Origin: Candidatus Omnitrophota bacterium | GTDB lineage: Bacteria; Omnitrophota; Gorgyraeia; Duberdicusellales; 4484-171 | Length of the DNA stretch: 42,010 nt | NCBI GenBank assembly: GCA_021735105.1 | Contig: JAIPHS010000003.1 | Coordinates: 1 to 42,010, forward strand | Direction: 5' to 3' | Shown here: positions 27,170-37,091 of the stretch, piece after piece | Layout of the letters: every line of letters begins with the position of its first letter | Position numbering within the stretch: position 1 is the stretch's first letter | Translations under genes and position numbers: made by a program | The notes under the pieces: model-generated | What the model was told of the DNA's origin: nothing | What the model saw: the letters and a program-made list of their open reading frames with translations, nothing else | The model's database searches: none

Positions 27170-28552
27170 ATGAGTAAACAGATGTGGGGCGGTAGGTTTA
27201 AGAAGAAGATAAGCAAAGATTTTTTTCGTTTTCAAAAATCAATTGATTTTGATTGGAAGTTAGCTGAATATGATATTTATCATTCGATCATTCATGCTAC
27301 CGCTTTAAGAGAAGCAGGAATTTTAAGCAAAAGTGAGGCTAAAAAACTAACAGATGGATTAACTGATATTTTTAAAGAGGTCCAAAGGGGTGATTTTAAG
27401 CCGGATAGTAACTCAGAAGATATTCATACTGATATCCAAAATCGGATGGAAGAAAAACTAGGAGATTTGGCTCAAAAGCTGCATACTTTGCGTTCCCGCA
27501 ATGATCAAGTTGTTTTTGATCAAAAGTGGTATTGTTATAAAGAAGGGGTATATATATTGAGTCTTTTGAATGTAGTTTTATCGTCTTTAAATTATTTAGG
27601 CAATAAATACCGGGATGTCACTTTGCCCGGTTATACTCATACTCAAAGGGCGCAAATTGTATCTTTTCTAGATTATACCGGAGCGTTTTTTTGTATGTTT
27701 GAAAGAGATTTTCAAAGACTTGATAACTTTGTAAAAAAATCTTCAATCTATATTGGTTCAGGGGCCTTAGCCGGAAGCGCTATACCCAAATCTGCTTATT
27801 CTGAAGGAATAAAGAAATTTTTAAAAAATATTAAGCCGGGGATAAAGGAAGGAAGGTCTAAAACTGTTAAGAATTCCTTAGATAATGTTGCTAGCCGGGA
27901 TTTTGTTATTGAGTTTTTAAATATTTTATCTATTTTACAGATGCATTTATCCCGTTTGGCTGAAGATTTCATTCTTTATTCAACTAAAGAATTTAATTTT
28001 TTTGATTTACCGGAAGAATTTTGTACTGGATCTTCTCTGATGCCGCATAAGAAAAATCCTGACTTTTTAGAGTTAGTAAGGGGCAGTTGCGGAAAAATTT
28101 ATGGAAATTTAGTATCAATTTTAACTACGATGAAAGGTATTCCTTTGACTTATAACCGGGACATGCAGCTGGATAAAGAACCTCTATTTTCATCGACTGA
28201 GACAATTGAAGCTGAACTTGGTGTTTTGTCTGATTTCTTAAAAGGGATTAAAATAAAAAAAGGTCAAGTGGCTAAAGCATTAGAAGATCAAGAATTGTAT
28301 GCTACTGAACTTGTGGAGTTTTTGGTCAATAAAGACGTTGCTTTTAGGGTTGCTCATGATATAATAGGCAGATTAATACGATATTCGGAAGATAAAAATA
28401 TAAAAATTAAAGAGATGGATGATGTTGATTTAGCTAAATTTCATAAAAAGCTAACTGCTAAAGAAATAAAAAAGATAATGACACCCGAATATGCTATAGC
28501 ATCAAAAAAGTCTTTGCCTAAAAAAAAGCGCACTTCTTCCCATAAATCTTAA
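27170..28552 (+). CDS. argH: Argininosuccinate lyase
   Basis: WGGRF, EDIH, RSRNDQ, GYTH, GSSLMPHKKNPD, YNRDMQ.DKE. Confidence 0.97.
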   Translation: MSKQMWGGRFKKKISKDFFRFQKSIDFDWKLAEYDIYHSIIHATALREAGILSKSEAKKLTDGLTDIFKEVQRGDFKPDSNSEDIHTDIQNRMEEKLGDLAQKLHTLRSRNDQVVFDQKWYCYKEGVYILSLLNVVLSSLNYLGNKYRDVTLPGYTHTQRAQIVSFLDYTGAFFCMFERDFQRLDNFVKKSSIYIGSGALAGSAIPKSAYSEGIKKFLKNIKPGIKEGRSKTVKNSLDNVASRDFVIEFLNILSILQMHLSRLAEDFILYSTKEFNFFDLPEEFCTGSSLMPHKKNPDFLELVRGSCGKIYGNLVSILTTMKGIPLTYNRDMQLDKEPLFSSTETIEAELGVLSDFLKGIKIKKGQVAKALEDQELYATELVEFLVNKDVAFRVAHDIIGRLIRYSEDKNIKIKEMDDVDLAKFHKKLTAKEIKKIMTPEYAIASKKSLPKKKRTSSHKS

Positions 28553-28566
28553 AATTACCTAAATTT

Positions 28567-29811
28567 ATGGATTATTTTAAATACAGAAATAATACTTTGT
28601 ATTGTGAAGGAATTCCGGTCAAAAAAATAGTTAAAAAGTATAATACTCCTCTTTTTATCTATAGCCAAAAGACTATACTAGAGCATTTTTCTAAACTAAA
28701 AAATGCTTTTAGTCAAATAAAGCCTTTAATTTGTTATTCAGTAAAGGCAAATTCAAATCTTTCTATTTTAAAGCTTTTAGTTAAAGCCGGTGCCGGCCTA
28801 GATATAGTTTCGGGAGGAGAACTCTATCGGGCCAAAAAAGTAAAATGTAATCCTAAAAAAATTGTTTATGCGTCGGTAGGGAAAACCGAAGGAGAAATTA
28901 AGGAAGCAATCGTCCAAGGTATCTTTATGTTTAACGTCGAGTCAATAAATGAATTAAAGCGAATAGACAAAATTGCTAAAAAGTTAGGTAAAAAGGTGAA
29001 AGTTTCCCTAAGGCTTAATCCTGACGTAGAGTCAAAAACTCATAAATATATTACTACTGGAAAAAAGGAAACAAAGTTTGGTATTGATAAAAAGAGCGCA
29101 AGAGAGGTTTTGCTTGGTGCAGATAAATATAAAAATCTTATCATATCCGGAATTCATCTTCATATTGGTTCACAAATTATAGAAAGTTCGCCTTTTGTTT
29201 CTGCTCTTTCGAAGACAAAAAAATTTCTTAAGCAATTGCCTAAAATTAAAAATTTAGAGTTTTTAAATATTGGAGGCGGTTTGGGGATTATTTATGGCAA
29301 TGAAAAGCCTCAGACTGCTAAAGAATTTGCCAGAAATATATTGCCTTTGCTAAAAAATATCGGCTTGAAAGTAATACTTGAGCCGGGTAGGTTTATTATG
29401 GGAAATGCGGGGATATTGGTAACCAAAGTCTTATATAACAAAGAAAGTTATAACAAGAGATTTATCGTAGTTGATGCTGCAATGAATGATTTTATCAGGC
29501 CTTCTTTGTATAGCGCTTATCATAAGATAATTTCGATTAATAAAAAGAAATCTTTAAAGAAAAATAAAGCAGCTGATATAGTAGGGCCAGTTTGTGAAAG
29601 TGGGGATTTTTTAGGTAAAGGCCGTAAAATTTCAGTATCTGAAGATGACTATTTAGCTGTTTTTGGCGCAGGAGCTTATGGAACTTCAATGAGCTCTAAC
29701 TATAATTCTAGGTGCCGCGGCCCAGAAGTTTTAGTTAAAGGCAAAAGGTCCTACAAAATAAAAGAAAGAGAAAGTTATCAAGACTTAATTAAAAAAGAAA
29801 TAATTATTTAA
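28567..29811 (+). CDS. lysA: Diaminopimelate decarboxylase
   Basis: YSVKAN, DIVSGGE, HIGSQ, GGG, EPGR, GPVCESGD, GAYG..MSSNYNSR. Confidence 0.97.
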   Translation: MDYFKYRNNTLYCEGIPVKKIVKKYNTPLFIYSQKTILEHFSKLKNAFSQIKPLICYSVKANSNLSILKLLVKAGAGLDIVSGGELYRAKKVKCNPKKIVYASVGKTEGEIKEAIVQGIFMFNVESINELKRIDKIAKKLGKKVKVSLRLNPDVESKTHKYITTGKKETKFGIDKKSAREVLLGADKYKNLIISGIHLHIGSQIIESSPFVSALSKTKKFLKQLPKIKNLEFLNIGGGLGIIYGNEKPQTAKEFARNILPLLKNIGLKVILEPGRFIMGNAGILVTKVLYNKESYNKRFIVVDAAMNDFIRPSLYSAYHKIISINKKKSLKKNKAADIVGPVCESGDFLGKGRKISVSEDDYLAVFGAGAYGTSMSSNYNSRCRGPEVLVKGKRSYKIKERESYQDLIKKEIII

Positions 29812-29824
29812 AATATTATAACTT

Positions 29825-30712
29825 ATGAGTAAGATAAAGTTTTATAAACTACAAGCTTCGGGTAATGATTTTATCTTAATTGATAAAAATAAGTTTTTAA
29901 AAGATAAAGGCAAAAAGTATCTTTCTGCTTTTGCTAAAAAGTATTGCATAAGAAAACAAGCAATAGGAGCTGACGGCTTGTTAGTTGTTGAACCTTCAAA
30001 GAAAGGTGATTTTAAAATGAGGATTTTTAATGCTGATGGCACAGAAGCACAAATGTGCGGTAACGGAGCCCGGTGTGTAGCCCTATGGAAGGCATGCTCG
30101 GCTAATTTAGGATGCAATAAAAAGATAAAGTTTGATACAAAGGCAGGAATTATTGAAGCTAGTTTGACAAGTAAAATAAAAAAAGAAAAAAATTTAATTT
30201 CTGCGAGAGTAAAAGCAAAAGTCACCAAACCCTTTGGTTTGCTTAAAAATATACCGCTTCATATTTTGGGCCGGAAAATTAAAGTTAATTTTATAAATAC
30301 CGGGGTTCCCCATGTGGTTATATTTGTAGATGGCCTAGATGATATAGAGGTAGAAAAAATTGCTCGGCCGATAAGATTTCATAAACAATTTTTTCCTCAA
30401 GGAACCAATGTTAATTTTGTTGAACCTCTAGACAGTGGAAAGATTAAAATCAGGACTTATGAACGAGGAGTTGAGGCAGAAACCTTAGCTTGCGGTACAG
30501 GCAGTATTGCCTCAGCCATTCTTTATTCTGTAAAAAGACAAACTAAAAATAAAAAAGTTAGGCAAGGGCAGAAAATTAGAATACAAACAAAAGGCGGAGA
30601 AATTCTAAAAGTTGCTTTTAAATTAAATAAAGATCAGGCGAAAGATGTATGGTTTGAAGGAAAGACTTATTGTGTTTATGAAGGCCAGCTTGAAAATAAA
30701 GGTATTCGCTAA
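29825..30712 (+). CDS. dapF: Diaminopimelate epimerase
   Basis: GNDF, IGADG, MCGNG, GVPH, GTNVNF, ERGVE.ETLACGTG. Confidence 0.97.
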   Translation: MSKIKFYKLQASGNDFILIDKNKFLKDKGKKYLSAFAKKYCIRKQAIGADGLLVVEPSKKGDFKMRIFNADGTEAQMCGNGARCVALWKACSANLGCNKKIKFDTKAGIIEASLTSKIKKEKNLISARVKAKVTKPFGLLKNIPLHILGRKIKVNFINTGVPHVVIFVDGLDDIEVEKIARPIRFHKQFFPQGTNVNFVEPLDSGKIKIRTYERGVEAETLACGTGSIASAILYSVKRQTKNKKVRQGQKIRIQTKGGEILKVAFKLNKDQAKDVWFEGKTYCVYEGQLENKGIR

Positions 30713-30741
30713 ATAATTACATTTTTAATGGGAGGATGTTT

Positions 30742-31623
30742 ATGCTTAAGGGAAGTATGGTGGCTTTAGTTACCCCGTTTAAGAAGAATGGGTCAATAGA
30801 CGAAGATAAGCTTAGGTTTTTGATTAATTGGCATATAAAAAATAAGACAGATGGGATTTTAGTCTGCGGTACCACTGGTGAAAGTGCAACCTTGACTCAT
30901 CAAGAGCATAAAAAAATAATTGGTATTGCGGTGGATGAGGCAAAAAATAAGGTGCCAATCATTGCTGGAGCTGGATCTAATTCCACCGATGAAGCTTTGA
31001 ATTTAACTAAATATGCCAAAAAGGTTGGGGCTGACTATGCTTTGGTTATAACACCTTATTATAATAAGCCTACACAATCTGGACTTATTCAGCATTTTAA
31101 AAAAATATCTAAAGCAGTTAATATTCCGATTATTATCTATAATGTTCCCGGCCGGACCGGAATAAATATATTGCCTGAAACTGTAGTAGAGATTGCTAAC
31201 AGCTGCAAAAATATTATAGGGATAAAAGAAGCGTCGGGAAGCTTGTCTCAAGCTACAGAAATTATGTCTAAGGCACCAAAAGGCTTTTCTCTTTTATCAG
31301 GAAATGATCAAATAATTTTACCAATTATCTCAATAGGTGGTTCTGGAGTAGTGTCGGTTGTAGCTAATGTTGTACCGAAGGAAACCCATCAATTGACTGA
31401 AAGTTTTCTAAAGGGTGGTCTAAAGAAAGCAAAAAAAATACAATTAGAGCTTTATGATTTAATTAAGGCTTTATTTATCGAGACCAATCCTATCCCTGTT
31501 AAAACTGCTTTAAACCTTATGGGGCTTATTGAAGGTAATTTTAGGTTACCTCTCTGCAAGATGGATAAAAAGAATTTGACTAAACTTAAAAAAACCTTAA
31601 AAGAATATCGATTGATTAAATAG
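30742..31623 (+). CDS. dapA: 4-hydroxy-tetrahydrodipicolinate synthase
   Basis: ALVTPF, GTTGE, PYYNKP, YNVPGRT, GIKEA, NPIPVK. SD GGAGG (30731-30735) favours ATG 30742. Confidence 0.97.
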   Translation: MLKGSMVALVTPFKKNGSIDEDKLRFLINWHIKNKTDGILVCGTTGESATLTHQEHKKIIGIAVDEAKNKVPIIAGAGSNSTDEALNLTKYAKKVGADYALVITPYYNKPTQSGLIQHFKKISKAVNIPIIIYNVPGRTGINILPETVVEIANSCKNIIGIKEASGSLSQATEIMSKAPKGFSLLSGNDQIILPIISIGGSGVVSVVANVVPKETHQLTESFLKGGLKKAKKIQLELYDLIKALFIETNPIPVKTALNLMGLIEGNFRLPLCKMDKKNLTKLKKTLKEYRLIK

Positions 31624-31633
31624 TGGAGGATAC

Positions 31634-32425
31634 ATGGTTAATCTAGCGATAAATGGTATTTGCGGCAAGATGGGTAAGAGAATTCTTCGTTTATCTAAAC
31701 AAGATGAACAAATTAAAATAGTGGTTGGTTTTGAACAAAAAAATCATCCGAAAATAGGAGAAAAGATAGACGCGGTTGAAGTATTTGCTGATTACAACCG
31801 AATTCAACAATGTGATACTATTATTGATTTTAGCGCACCAGGGGCAACTTTGGCAATGTTAAAAAAGGCCAAAGATTCTAAAAAAAGTATAGTTATCGGA
31901 ACAACTAATCTTGACAAAAAACAAGAAGCAGAAATTAAAGAAATTTCAAAAGATATTCCGGTAGTCTATTCACCTAATATGAGTATAGGGGTAAACCTTT
32001 TTTTCAAGATATTAAAGACAGCTGCCTCTGTTTTGAAAGAATATCGGGTGGCTATAAAAGAAGCTCATCATATACATAAAAAAGATGCTCCTTCCGGTAC
32101 TGCAAAGAAATTAGCAGAGATTATAAATGAATTTGGTTTTGATTTAGGTTATGGCCAAATAAAGGCAAAAAGAAAAGGCGAAATTATTGGTGACCATCAA
32201 GTGACTTTTGAAAATGATTTTGATTCTTTTAAAATTGTTCATCATGCTAAAACCAGAGATATTTTTGCCCAAGGCGCGATAATTGCAGCTAAGTGGATTA
32301 AAGGTAAATCTGCCGGGCTGTATTCTATGGAAGATGTACTATTTAGTCCAAAGTCCAAAGTCCAAAGCCTTAACTACGATATGCAAAATACGGTATACAA
32401 AAATAAAAGGAGAGAAGATGTTTGA
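31634..32425 (+). CDS. dapB: 4-hydroxy-tetrahydrodipicolinate reductase with repeat-derived C-terminal extension
   Basis: GICGKMG, IDFS, IGTT, PNMSIG, EAHH..KKDAPSGTA, FAQGA, YSMEDVL followed by about 26 extra residues. Confidence 0.95.
   Translation: MVNLAINGICGKMGKRILRLSKQDEQIKIVVGFEQKNHPKIGEKIDAVEVFADYNRIQQCDTIIDFSAPGATLAMLKKAKDSKKSIVIGTTNLDKKQEAEIKEISKDIPVVYSPNMSIGVNLFFKILKTAASVLKEYRVAIKEAHHIHKKDAPSGTAKKLAEIINEFGFDLGYGQIKAKRKGEIIGDHQVTFENDFDSFKIVHHAKTRDIFAQGAIIAAKWIKGKSAGLYSMEDVLFSPKSKVQSLNYDMQNTVYKNKRREDV
32345..32401 (+). repeat. Heptamer tandem repeats
   Basis: AGTCCAA x3 (32345-32365), then the degenerate run CTACGAT ATGCAAA ATACGGT ATACAAA (32374-32401). Confidence 0.75.
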
Positions 32426-33581
32426 TTTTTCAAAAAATTTAAGGAAATTGCCCCCCTATCTATTTGCAGCAATTGATGATAAAAAGGCAGATTTGCGAAA
32501 AAAAGGAGTAAAGTTCCTAGATCTTAGCGTAGGAGATCCGGATATACAAGCACCGGCGAATGTAGTGAAAGTTTTGTCTAAATCCGCTAAATTGAAAAGC
32601 AATCAAAAGTATGCTTCTAACAGAGGAAAGCTTCAATTACGCAAAAGTATAAAAAAATGGATGAAAAAAAGGTTTAAGGTTAACTTAGTTGATTCTCAAA
32701 TTTTACCTGTTTTAGGAACCAAGGAAGCCTTGGCTCATCTTCCAGTAGGCTTAATCAATAAGGGTGATTATATTATAACTCCTTCTCCCGGTTACCCTGG
32801 TTATAGGGCTGCGGGTGTTTTATCCGGGGCAAGAGTTTATCAATTGCCTCTTTTAGAGAAAAGTAATTTTTTACCTGATTTAGAAAAAATACCGAAATCA
32901 GTGAAAAAACGGGCTAAGATTATCTATCTCAACTATCCAAATAATCCTACAACTGTGTTTGCCCCGAAATCTTTTATGGAAAAAGTAGTAAAATTTTGCC
33001 TAAAAAATAAGATTTTACTTGTTTGGGATAATGCTTATTCTGAAATTTATTTTGATAAAAAACCTTTAAGTATATTACAGATAAAAGATGCAAAAAAAAT
33101 AGCTTTAGAGTTTCATTCTCTTTCTAAAACATTTTGTATGACAGGGTTTAGAGTTGGTTGGGTTTGTGGCAATCCTGATGCCGTAAATATTTTAGCAAAA
33201 GTTAAATCAAATGTTGATTCAGGAATTTTTGGAGTTGTTCAGGATGCAGCTATTACAGCTCTAGATAAAGATTCAGCTTATGTAACGAATTTAAGAAAAA
33301 TATTTAGCCGGAGAAGAAAATATTTACTAGAGGCTTTAAGGAAAGTAGGTTTTAAGAAGTTCTATGCTGATTCTACATTTTATGTTTGGGCGAAATTGCC
33401 AGCTTCATTTAAATCTTCTTTAGAATTTAGCAGGTATTTAATAGAAGAAGAAAAAATAGTTGCTACTCCGGGGGCAGGTTTTGGTAAATACGGAGAAGGC
33501 TTTATTCGTTTTGCCCTTACTGTAGATAAGAGTAAATTAAGGGATATTTTTAAGAAAAAAATACCAGGCTTAGATATCTAG
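32418..33581 (+). CDS. dapL: Class I/II PLP aminotransferase, probable LL-diaminopimelate aminotransferase
   Basis: LPPYLFA, VGDPD, NYPNNPT, DNAYSE, FHSLSKTF.MTG.RVG, PG.GFG. Sits in the dap cluster. SD AAGGAG gives ATG 32418, not the track's 32283. Confidence 0.8.
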   Translation: MFDFSKNLRKLPPYLFAAIDDKKADLRKKGVKFLDLSVGDPDIQAPANVVKVLSKSAKLKSNQKYASNRGKLQLRKSIKKWMKKRFKVNLVDSQILPVLGTKEALAHLPVGLINKGDYIITPSPGYPGYRAAGVLSGARVYQLPLLEKSNFLPDLEKIPKSVKKRAKIIYLNYPNNPTTVFAPKSFMEKVVKFCLKNKILLVWDNAYSEIYFDKKPLSILQIKDAKKIALEFHSLSKTFCMTGFRVGWVCGNPDAVNILAKVKSNVDSGIFGVVQDAAITALDKDSAYVTNLRKIFSRRRKYLLEALRKVGFKKFYADSTFYVWAKLPASFKSSLEFSRYLIEEEKIVATPGAGFGKYGEGFIRFALTVDKSKLRDIFKKKIPGLDI

Positions 33582-33592
33582 GGGGGGGATTT

Positions 33593-34141
33593 GTGCGTTT
33601 TTTAATACTATTTATATTCTTAGTTTTTTGTTCAATTAATCTATTTGCTTTGGGCCTAAAGAGCTCTGTGTTTGAAAATGGCGGCTACATACCAGATCGT
33701 TATACTTGTGATGGAAAAAATTATTCACCGCCTTTGAGCTGGGACAATTTGCCAAAAGACACCAAGAGCATTGCCCTAGTTGTTGATGATTTAAATGCTC
33801 CGCTTGGTATTTGGGTCCATTGGCTTATCTATAATTTACCAATTGATAAAGAGGGCATTGAGGAAAATATTAGCAATGAAAAAATAGACTCTTTAGGGGC
33901 ACAGCAGGGCAAAAATGATTTTGGCCAGATAAGTTATGGTGGGCCATGCCCGCCTTCTGGGCCAGCTCATAAATATTCATTTAGACTATATGCCTTAGAT
34001 AAAAATATTACAACTGAGAATGAGATTGATAAATCTGAATTCATGAAGTTAATTCAGGGCCATATCATAGCGCAGACAAAATTGTCAGGATTTTATCAAC
34101 GCCGGCAGAACAAAAAAGGAGAAAAGGATGAAAAAAATTAA
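33593..34141 (+). CDS. YbhB/YbcL (PEBP/RKIP-like) exported protein
   Basis: Signal peptide; [37 protein letters not shown]. Confidence 0.92.
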   Translation: MRFLILFIFLVFCSINLFALGLKSSVFENGGYIPDRYTCDGKNYSPPLSWDNLPKDTKSIALVVDDLNAPLGIWVHWLIYNLPIDKEGIEENISNEKIDSLGAQQGKNDFGQISYGGPCPPSGPAHKYSFRLYALDKNITTENEIDKSEFMKLIQGHIIAQTKLSGFYQRRQNKKGEKDEKN

Positions 34142-35402
34142 ATCTGTTAAAGCAAGAGAAATTATTGATTCACGGGGAAATCCTACAGTAGAAGTAGATG
34201 TTTTATTAAGTGAAGGAGTTTTAGCTAGAGCAGCTGTTCCCTCGGGTGCTTCAACTGGTGAATTTGAGGCCCTAGAATTACGGGATAAAAACAAAAAAAG
34301 ATTTTTAGGCAAAGGTGTCCAAAAAGCGGTTAAAAATGTTAATCAAAAAATAGCACCAAAAATTAAAGGTAAGGTTTCTGATTATAAGAAAATCGATAAG
34401 CTTCTTCTTGATTTAGATGGTACTCTGAATAAAAAAAAGTTAGGGGCTAATGCAATTTTAGGAGTATCTTTAGCTGTAGCTAAAGCAGCAGCTAAATCGG
34501 AAGGCAAACCTTTTTATAGATATTTAGGCAAAGCAAAAGCAAATATTTTGCCTCTGCCTTTGATGAATATTATAAACGGAGGAATGCATGCGGATAATAA
34601 TTTAGATATTCAAGAATTTATGATTATCCCGGCTGGTTTTAGTTCTTTTAAAAGGTCCTTACAGGCGGCTTGTGAAATATTCCATCAGCTCAAATCGATA
34701 TTGAAATCCAAAAAGCTTTCTACTTCCGTGGGGGATGAGGGCGGATTTGCCCCTAAATTAAAGAGTAATGAACAAGCTTTAAAACTTATCTTAAAAGCAA
34801 TAGATGAAGCCGGCTATATTCCCGGCCGTCATGTTTATTTGGCACTTGATTCAGCTGCTAGTTCATTCTATAAAAAAGGAAAGTACCTTTTTGAGGGAAA
34901 AATGAGAGATGTAAATTATATGGTTGATTTTTATGCTAAGATTTGCAGTAGGTATCCTATTGTATCTTTAGAAGACGGCCTATATGAAGAAGATTGGCAA
35001 GGTTGGCTTAAACTTAGCAAAAAATTGACTAGAAAAATACAGCTTGTCGGAGATGATTTATTTGTAACTAATACTGAGAGATTAAAGAGAGGTATTGATC
35101 AAAACATTGCCAATTCAATTTTGATTAAAGTTAACCAAATTGGTACCTTAACTGAAACTATAGAAGCAATTGATATGGCCCATGCGGCTGGTTATACTGC
35201 CGTTATATCACATCGTTCCGGTGAGACGGAAGACACTACTATAGCTCATTTAGCAGTGGGGGCATCAGCCGGCCAGATTAAAACTGGTTCTTTGTCTCGA
35301 ACCGATAGGGTTGCTAAATATAATGAACTTTTAAGAATCGAAGAGGAACTAGGTAAAAAAGCTGTCTATGGCGGAAAAACTTTTAAATATAAAGCGCGCT
35401 AA
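34128..35402 (+). CDS. eno: Enolase
   Basis: [47 protein letters not shown]. Confidence 0.98.
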   Translation: MKKIKSVKAREIIDSRGNPTVEVDVLLSEGVLARAAVPSGASTGEFEALELRDKNKKRFLGKGVQKAVKNVNQKIAPKIKGKVSDYKKIDKLLLDLDGTLNKKKLGANAILGVSLAVAKAAAKSEGKPFYRYLGKAKANILPLPLMNIINGGMHADNNLDIQEFMIIPAGFSSFKRSLQAACEIFHQLKSILKSKKLSTSVGDEGGFAPKLKSNEQALKLILKAIDEAGYIPGRHVYLALDSAASSFYKKGKYLFEGKMRDVNYMVDFYAKICSRYPIVSLEDGLYEEDWQGWLKLSKKLTRKIQLVGDDLFVTNTERLKRGIDQNIANSILIKVNQIGTLTETIEAIDMAHAAGYTAVISHRSGETEDTTIAHLAVGASAGQIKTGSLSRTDRVAKYNELLRIEEELGKKAVYGGKTFKYKAR

Positions 35403-35664
35403 ATTTTTAAAACTATTGTTGCTGGGAGTAGCAATTTTTATTTTAGCAATGATAGTCTATTTTCCTGATTATTCTAAATTAAAAAACTTAAAGGAAGAAA
35501 ACCAAAAATTAATCAAAAAAATCGATAATTTAAAGAAAGATATTATAAATTATGAGATTAAAAATAAAAAATTAGAAGAGAATTCTTATTTTTATGAAAA
35601 AATTGCTCGGGAAAAGCTAGGTGTTGCCCGGGAAGATGAGATATTAGTTGACATAGAAGAATAA
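35368..35664 (+). CDS. ftsB: Septum formation initiator (FtsB/DivIC family)
   Basis: TM helix, coiled coil, EKIAREKLG...DE; classic eno-ftsB synteny. Confidence 0.85.
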   Translation: MAEKLLNIKRAKFLKLLLLGVAIFILAMIVYFPDYSKLKNLKEENQKLIKKIDNLKKDIINYEIKNKKLEENSYFYEKIAREKLGVAREDEILVDIEE

Positions 35665-35675
35665 GATTGTACAAT
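35648..35675 (+). promoter_or_regulatory. tRNA promoter
   Basis: TTGACA-16 bp-TACAAT, 11 nt upstream of the tRNA. Confidence 0.7.
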
Positions 35676-35686
35676 ACTAAAACAAT

Positions 35687-35763
<77 letters not shown>

Positions 35764-35772
35764 GAAAAACAC

Positions 35773-35811
35773 AATCCCAGCTTACATATCTGTAGGTTGG
35801 GGTTTTTTATT
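35773..35811 (+). terminator. Intrinsic terminator after the tRNA
   Basis: AATCCCAGCTTACA-TATC-TGTAGGTTGGGGTT stem (with G:U pairs) followed by a T tract. Confidence 0.8.
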
Positions 35812-35900
35812 AATTATTATTTTTGTTAGTTAAATATGATTAAGAATTAATTTTTCAAGCTTAAATCTATTGGTGAACCGAGAACGTAAGTTTGATTTTT

Positions 35901-35928
35901 TTGCGTACTAACAAAAAAGTGATATAAT
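35901..35928 (+). promoter_or_regulatory. Putative sigma70 promoter
   Basis: TTGCGT-16 bp-TATAAT with extended -10 TG; SD AGGAGGT before ATG 35990. Confidence 0.6.
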
Positions 35929-35929
35929 T

Positions 35930-35970
35930 TAAGTCTTAAGTCCTAAGTTAATATTTTTAGACTTTGAACT
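35930..35970. repeat. Degenerate heptamer repeats, direct then inverted
   Basis: TAAGTCT TAAGTCC TAAGTTA, followed by TTAGACT TTGAACT. Confidence 0.5.
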
Positions 35971-35989
35971 GATTTAAACAGGAGGTAAA

Positions 35990-36580
35990 ATGGAAGGAAG
36001 TTTGAATATTGAAAGATGTTTCAAAGATGCATTAGAGGTATACAAACAACATTGGCAGATGTTGGTAGTTTTGAATATTATTTTAGGCCTTTTAATATTT
36101 GCAACTTTAGGTATTATGGCTGGCCCTTTGATTGCTGGGTATAATTTTGTATTAATAGAATTACTTCGTAAGAAGAAAGAAAGAGTTGAAATTTCTGATT
36201 TGTTCAAGTTCTTCGATAGATTTTGGCTATTGGCCGGTTTATTTTTTCTTCAATTGATAATAATATTGGGAGGGACTATATTGTTGATTATTCCGGGAAT
36301 TATTTTTTCGATAATGCTGCTATATGTTTTTTATCTTGCCGCAGATAAAAGCCTATCTCCTCAAGAAGCAATAAAGAGAAGTTGGAAGATTGTCTCGGAT
36401 AAAGGGTTTTGGCCTAACTTTGCTATTGTTGTCTTAAGCGTAATTATTATGATGTTTGTACAGATGGTGCCTTTTTTAGGTTATGTGTTAGGATTTTTTG
36501 TTTCACCATTTACGGTTTTATTGATTGCTTCTGCATATATTCAGCAAGTTGATGAAGGCCAGGGAGAACTAAATTTATAA
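35990..36580 (+). CDS. Integral membrane protein of unknown function (DUF975-like architecture)
   Basis: Several hydrophobic segments, GPLIAG, LLIIPGII, EAIKRSW; strong SD. Confidence 0.7.
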   Translation: MEGSLNIERCFKDALEVYKQHWQMLVVLNIILGLLIFATLGIMAGPLIAGYNFVLIELLRKKKERVEISDLFKFFDRFWLLAGLFFLQLIIILGGTILLIIPGIIFSIMLLYVFYLAADKSLSPQEAIKRSWKIVSDKGFWPNFAIVVLSVIIMMFVQMVPFLGYVLGFFVSPFTVLLIASAYIQQVDEGQGELNL

Positions 36581-36593
36581 ACTAGCAAAAGAG

Positions 36594-36602
36594 TGATATA
36601 AT
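36594..36602 (+). promoter_or_regulatory. Extended -10 element (leaderless)
   Basis: TGATATAAT ending 7 nt before GTG 36609; no SD. Confidence 0.55.
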
Positions 36603-36608
36603 TTTTTT

Positions 36609-36881
36609 GTGGCTAATAAATTTATTAAAATTATACTGGCTCTTTCAATCTTTATAGCTAGTATTTCTTTATTTTATAAATTTGTCTTAGAACCCTTTCA
36701 GCAAAAAAATAAATTAGATCAATGCATCCAAACGTTAGAAGAGCATCATAGCCAACGATGGAATAATTCTTGTAAAGCGTTGGGGCTTGAAGAAGGGTGT
36801 GGCCTAGATAAAGATGCCGCGACCATTCATCTTAGGGTTTATGAAAATGAAAAAGAAGATTGTTATAGAAAATATGAGTGA
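36609..36881 (+). CDS. Small membrane-anchored protein with 4 Cys, function unknown
   Basis: N-terminal hydrophobic helix, then a helical domain with four Cys. Confidence 0.65.
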   Translation: MANKFIKIILALSIFIASISLFYKFVLEPFQQKNKLDQCIQTLEEHHSQRWNNSCKALGLEEGCGLDKDAATIHLRVYENEKEDCYRKYE

Positions 36882-36899
36882 GATATTAAGCAAAAATAT

Positions 36900-36928
36900 T
36901 TGAAGTAAGACAGATAACATGGTAAAAT
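36900..36928 (+). promoter_or_regulatory. Putative promoter of the microprotein gene
   Basis: TTGAAG-17 bp-TAAAAT with extended -10 TG. Confidence 0.6.
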
Positions 36929-36962
36929 GAATATGTTAATGAAATATTAAGGAGGTGAGAAT

Positions 36963-37064
36963 ATGGCTAAGCAAAAAAGATGTGCTGCTAAGACAAAGGC
37001 AGGCAAAAAATGTAAAAATAAAGCATCTGGAAAATCAAAGTTTTGCGCTGTTCATAAGAAATAA
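36963..37064 (+). CDS. 33-aa basic CCCH zinc-finger microprotein (DUF5763-like motif), absent from the ORF track
   Basis: MAKQKRCAAKTKAGKKCKNKASGKSKFCAVHKK*; SD AAGGAGGTGA at 36949-36958; C-x9-C-x10-C-x2-H. Confidence 0.8.
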   Translation: MAKQKRCAAKTKAGKKCKNKASGKSKFCAVHKK

Positions 37065-37091
37065 TTTTCAATAGCTTCTTTTGTTTTTTAT

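Noticed and set aside
32283-32417. 45-aa N-terminal extension of the aminotransferase in the ORF track
   Set aside because: It overlaps dapB and the repeat tract; SD and homology point to ATG 32418.
35868-35896. TGGTGAACCGAGAACGTAAGTTTGA as a degenerate minus-strand tRNA 3' end or att site
   Set aside because: No T-arm stem, no match to the adjacent tRNA-fMet, and no integrase.
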